Of a DNA stretch of 64,000 bases, positions 58,738 to 64,000 are shown in pieces. The notes under the pieces are model-generated. The model was not told where the DNA came from, did not search any database, and worked only from the letters and a program-made list of their open reading frames with translations. The stretch is taken from positions 1,568,001-1,632,000 of the forward strand of contig CBDIID010000003.1 in assembly GCA_965279515.1 (NCBI GenBank). The letters are read 5' to 3'. The number at the start of each line of letters is the position of its first letter. Position 1 is the stretch's first letter. Position numbers and translations under genes: made by a program. Source of the DNA: Turneriella sp. Lineage in GTDB: Bacteria > Spirochaetota > Leptospiria > Turneriellales > Turneriellaceae.

Positions 58738-59130
58738 ATGGTCAGAACCCTTGTGTTCCTGTTTTCTCTCACCGCTTTCCATTGCCTGAACAACGGAAAA
58801 TCGTTTAATGAAGTCGAACCCAATGCGCTGCCGGCAACCGTCACCTGGACAGAGCATGCCTTACCGACGCTGAAAAAACATTGTAATGAATGCCACTCGA
58901 GCGGGCCCGAATCAAAATATGGCACGGTTTCGGGAATCGATTATTCTCTCTACGAAAACGCAATCCCCGTAGCAACAGCTTCAAATTCAAGCCAGAGAAA
59001 AAATGGTTTCCAGAATATACTAGGCACAGCTATCAATTCGAGCTACATGCCGCCGGGCAACAAAGAGCGGCTCAACCCGTATGAACGCGCTCTGCTGCTG
59101 CGTTGGCAAGAACAGGGGTTTCTGAAATGA
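58738..59130 (+). CDS. Monohaem c-type cytochrome lipoprotein
   Basis: Spirochaete-type lipobox AFHC; CNECH; distal ligand motif YMPP; L..W..QG end. Confidence 0.8.
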   Translation: MVRTLVFLFSLTAFHCLNNGKSFNEVEPNALPATVTWTEHALPTLKKHCNECHSSGPESKYGTVSGIDYSLYENAIPVATASNSSQRKNGFQNILGTAINSSYMPPGNKERLNPYERALLLRWQEQGFLK

Positions 59131-60632
59131 ATCTGCGCGCACTGATCTGCCTCACGGCGCTCTTTGGGGCAACACAGCAAATAGCAGCATTGCCGATCTA
59201 TTCTTTCGGTGCCACGCGCACCTGCGACACATGCCATGCGACGCCCTTTGCCACCGACAAAGAAACAGAATGGAAAAATCCGGAGCTCAAATCGCGGAAA
59301 TGCAATATGTCGTGCCAGAGCTGCCATGTAAACCCATCGGGAGCCGGCATCCGTAACGGCCCGGGTCGTTATTTTGCGCAGGCTGCATTGCCGGTTTACA
59401 ACAAACAGGCCCGGCCATACCATGATCTCAACCGTAACCTGACTGATTACATCTCCCGCCTGACAGCAAAACCAGCACCTCAGGCAGCGCCAGAGCCAGC
59501 CACGAAACCGGCTGCGAAAGCTGTAGCGGCACCTGAAAAAGCCGACGCGGAAAAACGCTCCGACGCAAAACTTCCCTGGTTCTACAGCGGCGACTGGTTC
59601 AGCTGGGGCCATCCGCTCGATGCCCCCACAGTCGCAGAGCAGAGTGAATATGCTTTTCGCGGCGATCGTTATGGCACCATCAACGCCGATCCGTTTCTCA
59701 CCATCGGCGGCGATGTGCGGCTTGCAGCGTATAACACACCGGGAAACCCCATCGCCGTGTTTCCGATGCAGTTTGATGTCGGTACGGCTATCCACCCGAT
59801 CGAACACATCACCGTCTCGGCCACCGGCGGCGTGCAAGGCAGAACCTCGGGCTTTACAGATTCACTGCAAGATAAACGCAACAGCCCGGCAAAATTGCAA
59901 AACGCCTTCGTCATGATCCATGAACTCCCGTACCAGGCCTATCTGCAGGCCGGCGCGTTTTTGCCCGAGTACGGCATTCGTACAGAAGACCACACCGCCT
60001 TCAACCGTAAGCTCGTCGAGATGGACCCGACGCAACCTCAGAATGTTGTCTACGGTGTGCAGGCCGGTGCCGCGCCAAACTATCCCTACCTCAGCGCGAG
60101 TGGTTTTGCCACACGAAAATCAGATGGCACTCCCGATGGCGGCAGCGGTTATACCGCCAATCTCGCATGGCGCGATATTGCTTTCGGCGGCGGATTATCG
60201 CTGATGCAGAAATTCCGGCCGATGACGGGCACCCTGCCCTATGAAGTTACGGGCAATTTCACTACCGTAAGCGTCAACGCCTACTACAACCTGTGGGGAT
60301 TGTTCCCGTCGACGCGCTATACAGCGCCGATGATTATTCTCGCCGAATACAACATCGGAAAAATGCCGCGCACCACTTCGAGCGATCGTATCTTTAGTAT
60401 TCTCGCCATCGAATGGGATTGGCTCGCCTTCAACGGCTTTGTTTACCGCGCGGGCTACCAGATCCAGAATCAGGACATCGCGGTGATCTATTCGACACTC
60501 AACCGTATCAATACAGGTTTCGATCTGACGCTGGTTCCGGGCCTGCGCTTCACATTCGACGCACGCATGTATCTGGCTTCAGCGCGCAGTACCAGCACAG
60601 AGTTTATCTTATTTGCGCACGGTTATCTGTAG
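59127..60632 (+). CDS. Dihaem cytochrome c fused to an outer-membrane beta-barrel (Cyc2-like architecture)
   Basis: ATGA coupling to the upstream gene; signal peptide ..IAA; CDTCH and CQSCH; Pro/Ala linker; amphipathic strands; C-terminal FAHGYL. Confidence 0.75.
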   Translation: MNLRALICLTALFGATQQIAALPIYSFGATRTCDTCHATPFATDKETEWKNPELKSRKCNMSCQSCHVNPSGAGIRNGPGRYFAQAALPVYNKQARPYHDLNRNLTDYISRLTAKPAPQAAPEPATKPAAKAVAAPEKADAEKRSDAKLPWFYSGDWFSWGHPLDAPTVAEQSEYAFRGDRYGTINADPFLTIGGDVRLAAYNTPGNPIAVFPMQFDVGTAIHPIEHITVSATGGVQGRTSGFTDSLQDKRNSPAKLQNAFVMIHELPYQAYLQAGAFLPEYGIRTEDHTAFNRKLVEMDPTQPQNVVYGVQAGAAPNYPYLSASGFATRKSDGTPDGGSGYTANLAWRDIAFGGGLSLMQKFRPMTGTLPYEVTGNFTTVSVNAYYNLWGLFPSTRYTAPMIILAEYNIGKMPRTTSSDRIFSILAIEWDWLAFNGFVYRAGYQIQNQDIAVIYSTLNRINTGFDLTLVPGLRFTFDARMYLASARSTSTEFILFAHGYL

Positions 60633-60639
60633 GTTGGCC

Positions 60640-61491
60640 TCAGCCGGCCGCGTCTTTGCCCATGACGGTCCAGTCATGCTCGCCAAAACCTTTAGCGATC
60701 CACTGGTCCATGAGCGCAGCATAGCCCGGCACCATATTCAGGTGAGCGCCATGTTTTTCTGCCTCCGATAAAATCAGCCGCGCGTCCTTGCGGGCCATCC
60801 GCAGTTCCCACGACGGGTTTTCGTATTTGCCCGAAAGCATACGTTTGGCACGCGGCTGCACACTGGCGCCGGGGTTAAATGACTCAAACAGGTTTTCGAG
60901 TTCTTGCCGGGGGACATCCACCGCTTTTAAAAATGCCGCGGCATCGGCGAGACCCGTCGTGATCGCCATCAGCATAAGATTGCCTGCAAGTTTCATCGCT
61001 GCACCACGGCCCGCATCTTCGCCCAGGTAGACGAGCTTGCCCGTCATGGGCGTGAGAAAGGGGGATAACTTTTCGTACTGTTTTTTGTCGCCCGAGATGA
61101 GCATGACACCTGTGCTCTCGAGTGCATTTAACGGTGCCATAAAAACCGGCGCATGCTGGTACTGCACGCCGATACCGGCGAGATTTTTCACACGCTCTGC
61201 CGTACCGGAAACCGATGTCGTCGTATGATCAACGACAATGGTATCTTTGCCGAGCTCGGGCAGTATTTGCCTGATCACACTTTCCACAGCGTCATCGTCC
61301 GAAAGCACGAGATGCACGCGCCCGGCGCCTTTCACCGCATCCGTTACTTGCGGAAAAACCTTCGCGCCGTCTTTACCGAGCGCCGCGGCTTTGTCGAGTG
61401 TGCGGTTCCAGACATTCACCGTCTCGCCGCGCCTGAGCGCCGCGCGCACAAAGCCTGACCCCAGAAGTCCTGTTCCCAAAAAAGCGATCAT
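60640..61491 (-). CDS. NAD(P)-dependent beta-hydroxyacid dehydrogenase family (3-hydroxyisobutyrate dehydrogenase-like)
   Basis: FLGTGLLG, WNRT, HAPV, KLAGN, RKDARL. Confidence 0.9.
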   Translation of the reverse strand: MIAFLGTGLLGSGFVRAALRRGETVNVWNRTLDKAAALGKDGAKVFPQVTDAVKGAGRVHLVLSDDDAVESVIRQILPELGKDTIVVDHTTTSVSGTAERVKNLAGIGVQYQHAPVFMAPLNALESTGVMLISGDKKQYEKLSPFLTPMTGKLVYLGEDAGRGAAMKLAGNLMLMAITTGLADAAAFLKAVDVPRQELENLFESFNPGASVQPRAKRMLSGKYENPSWELRMARKDARLILSEAEKHGAHLNMVPGYAALMDQWIAKGFGEHDWTVMGKDAAG

Positions 61492-61492
61492 T

Positions 61493-62992
61493 TCAGAACC
61501 CAGGCAGGGAGCGGCTGGAAATCCCTGCGGCGCGCGTGCTCGCGCCGGCCTTTGCGAGTAACTCGGCGGTATCGAGACGGTTGAGTTTTTTGGCGATCAT
61601 GTAGGGTGTCCAATAATCGGCGAGCTTTACATCAAGCTGTGCCTTGCGGACGATCAGCATCTTCACGGCTTCGTTCTCACCCATATAAGCCGCATAGATG
61701 AGCGGTGTCCAGCCCTGGTAGTTGCCGTTGGGGTCTGCTCCCTGCTTCAAGAGTGAACGCACCTCGCTGCTATTGCGACCGATGATCGCATGGATGAGTT
61801 TATTGTTGAGCGCCGCATTTACGGGTATGTCACCTGCGAGATCGGCGTAATCGTCGACCGGAAGCGGCACTGGCGGCAACACCGCTTCACCGCCGCCCGA
61901 CTCTTCGCCACGATTGCGGTCGCGGAAGTGCGAGAGATGCAGAGCGATGGGTTTAATCGCACCACGCACGCAGGGATAACCCGTCTTGCAGGCATAACCA
62001 AATCCGAATGTCTTGCCATCGTCGAAATTAAATGTAAGTTCAAAATCCGGTGCCGTCACCTGAAAATCAATCTGCAACCTGTTTTTTTTACCTTTGAGGT
62101 ACGCATCTAAATCGAGGTTTGTGCCTTGGCCCGAGAGCGCACCCTCATGAAGTACCTGCCCGTCGATGCTGACCCGCGCAGTGCTGGATTTACCGTACAG
62201 CCGGAGCTTGCGGCCTGAGGCAGAATGGTAAAGGAAAACCGGGGCGCGATCAGCAGGCTGACTTCTGCCGGGATACAGCTGCGCGATGCCCTGCTTGTCC
62301 CCCTCGGAAAGATTGAAACGCATGCCGAGCGGAACTCCACTCTTAAAGAGCTCGCCCGGCAGATAATACCCCATCGTCGATTCGTGATCGAATGTAGTCC
62401 AGTTCTTGTAGGGATCGCTCTGTTTATTAAAAATCTCTTCATCTGTCTTCTGGCGGCTCCACTTGAATGTCTCCTGGAAATATTTGTAAGCTTTCTCTGG
62501 TACCCAATCAATACTACCGGCGGGGTTCTCCTGTTCGTGGTGCAGCCCCAGGGCGTGCCCAAACTCATGCTGTATTGTCGAGTCGCCCGAAATACCGGGA
62601 TAAAAACTCATGCTGTGCGCTGTCGTACTCTCCGTTCCATAGCCAACGATGGACCAACCGGCAACGCCCGGATCCTGTTTCTCGAACTTAATGAGGATGG
62701 TATGTTCTTTCTGTGTTTTGGGTTCCTGATGAAACTCAAACCTGAAATTACCGTACTTCTCCCATTCGCGCGCATAATGCTCCACCTCGCCGCGCTCTTT
62801 CTCGCTGCCGTTGACGAAATAGACTTTGATGACCTGACCCGCTTTCCAGCCGGTGGTTTTCGAAAAGATCGACCGTTCGCGGCCGCTGGCAAAAATCGGC
62901 ATACCACAAGACCGACGGTATTCGGGGGAGGTTTCCGCGGCCACGGGAAGCGACGCGAGCAATAACAGCATGAGCGGGATTTTCTTTTTCAT
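61493..62992 (-). CDS. Secreted M12 (astacin-like) metzincin protease with C-terminal ankyrin repeats
   Basis: Signal peptide; HEFGHALGLHHEQ; Met-turn STMGY; GADPN..GWTPLIYAA..TP ankyrin repeats. Confidence 0.88.
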   Translation of the reverse strand: MKKKIPLMLLLLASLPVAAETSPEYRRSCGMPIFASGRERSIFSKTTGWKAGQVIKVYFVNGSEKERGEVEHYAREWEKYGNFRFEFHQEPKTQKEHTILIKFEKQDPGVAGWSIVGYGTESTTAHSMSFYPGISGDSTIQHEFGHALGLHHEQENPAGSIDWVPEKAYKYFQETFKWSRQKTDEEIFNKQSDPYKNWTTFDHESTMGYYLPGELFKSGVPLGMRFNLSEGDKQGIAQLYPGRSQPADRAPVFLYHSASGRKLRLYGKSSTARVSIDGQVLHEGALSGQGTNLDLDAYLKGKKNRLQIDFQVTAPDFELTFNFDDGKTFGFGYACKTGYPCVRGAIKPIALHLSHFRDRNRGEESGGGEAVLPPVPLPVDDYADLAGDIPVNAALNNKLIHAIIGRNSSEVRSLLKQGADPNGNYQGWTPLIYAAYMGENEAVKMLIVRKAQLDVKLADYWTPYMIAKKLNRLDTAELLAKAGASTRAAGISSRSLPGF

Positions 62993-62995
62993 CGT

Positions 62996-63589
62996 TTAAT
63001 CCTTGCAGATGGTTTTCTTTTCCTTACTCTCGTAGATTTTTGTCCTACGTATCTCTCTGTTCAGCCCGTCGCTCCAGACCTGAACGACGATTTCATAGAC
63101 CCCGGGCACTTCGCATTGCCCCTGTTGCGGTGACGATTCGAAAATATTCACGCGGTACCCATCCCCGCTTTTGACCGCTTCGCTGGGTTTCAGCCTGCGC
63201 ACAAGCACCTTATATCCATCAGGAAGCGCCAGCGCAGCCATGGGCTTGGCGCGCGTGAAGGCCATCGCAATGACGAAGTACTCGTCTTGATTCTTAAGCG
63301 GCGCAAACCTGCGGCCGAACTCGGCGCGGGTTTTATATTCGCGCTGGCTGCCAGCGGCGACTTCGATGTAGCTCACGCGCTTATGCGTCAGTTCGGCGCC
63401 CTTGATGCATTCAAGCAAGATCGGATGGCCGCTGAGCCGCGGTGAAATTTCGCCCTCGATGAAGATTTGCGCACAGCCAAAACGGTTGCGTATGTCTTCG
63501 ACGGTTTTTTCGGAAAGCGCGTCTTGCCCGGCATAGGCAGGTAGATAAAAAAAGCAGCACAGGCAAAGGAATATTCGGGAAAAATACAT
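62996..63589 (-). CDS. Exported hypothetical protein
   Basis: Likely start MYFSRIF with signal peptide ..AYA; stop lies 3 nt before the protease start. Confidence 0.55.
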   Translation of the reverse strand: MYFSRIFLCLCCFFYLPAYAGQDALSEKTVEDIRNRFGCAQIFIEGEISPRLSGHPILLECIKGAELTHKRVSYIEVAAGSQREYKTRAEFGRRFAPLKNQDEYFVIAMAFTRAKPMAALALPDGYKVLVRRLKPSEAVKSGDGYRVNIFESSPQQGQCEVPGVYEIVVQVWSDGLNREIRRTKIYESKEKKTICKD

Positions 63590-63775
63590 GGTGATCGTAA
63601 ACATCCCTGCCTTTGTGCCAGCAACCGGAATATGCCTGGGAATAACCCAGGCAGGCTTTTCGCTTGACTTCGAGATGACCCATCGTCTCATAAAAGCGTG
63701 TCGCTCCGGCGCGCGTTTGAACCTTTCTCAACCTCGAACGCGGCGGCACATGGCGAAGCGATAGCAGGAGTGTAG

Positions 63776-64000
63776 ATGAATCAAAATAAACTCTATTGGT
63801 ATGGCTTCGGCGCAATCTGTGCCGGGTTTTTGTCCCCGTACCTCAGTGTGATGGCAGTTTACACGGTGCTGCCGCCGACATTTATGTTTGCCTTTTTCTT
63901 TGGGCTACCTCTTTATATCGCGGGCGTGGTACTCGTCTGGGTTTCAAAACAACGCACCGTGTTCAAAGTACTGCCTACAGTTCTGCCATGGCCGATTTTG
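63776..64000 (+). CDS. Membrane protein, 3'-truncated by the window edge (absent from the ORF track)
   Basis: AGGAG SD, ATG at 63776, open to the end of the window: MNQNKLYWYGFGAIC...GVVLVWVSKQ...; hydrophobic. Confidence 0.6.
   Translation, partial: MNQNKLYWYGFGAICAGFLSPYLSVMAVYTVLPPTFMFAFFFGLPLYIAGVVLVWVSKQRTVFKVLPTVLPWPIL

Noticed and set aside
1..64000. CRISPR arrays, tRNA/rRNA, IS elements, integrases, prophage or anti-phage defence genes
   Set aside because: No regularly spaced repeats or recognisable genes of these types were seen, and intergenic gaps are short. A tRNAscan/Infernal run would be needed to exclude small RNAs.

Overview
Gene-dense, moderately GC-rich bacterial chromosomal segment with about 48 CDS. 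I saw no rRNA, tRNA, CRISPR array, transposase or phage gene. A FlcA-like flagellar collar protein, spirochaete-type lipoboxes and Leptospira-like gene families suggest a free-living Leptospiraceae spirochaete (Turneriella-like); this is inference. Contents: a dual-PAS chemoreceptor; flcA with a divergent CBM48 protein; creBC/creD with a perfect cre-tag; a peptidase-propeller-Omp85 protein; TetR and MarR modules with visible operators; an ABC-F; a frameshifted der; an orphan CzcA/CusA pump; an AraC-desaturase-desaturase-methyltransferase-hydrolase-cyclase operon; an acyl-CoA dehydrogenase/PBP2/TusA-ferritin operon; a copper oxidase-TolC operon; a PAS kinase/receiver/hybrid kinase cluster; an adenylate cyclase fused to a truncated haemoglobin; and a cytochrome c lipoprotein paired with a dihaem cytochrome-beta-barrel. 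The most notable patterns are: (1) three candidate ribosome-stalling leader-peptide switches whose mRNA pairs with the downstream Shine-Dalgarno (a His-rich RAPP peptide before czcA, a Cys-rich peptide before the copper operon, an MR-stop uORF before the ABC-F); (2) a Cyc2-like dihaem porin-cytochrome system; (3) the globin-fused cyclase; (4) the three-gene flavin/di-iron operon, which I do not recognise as a characterised pathway. All calls were made by eye and none was checked against a database.
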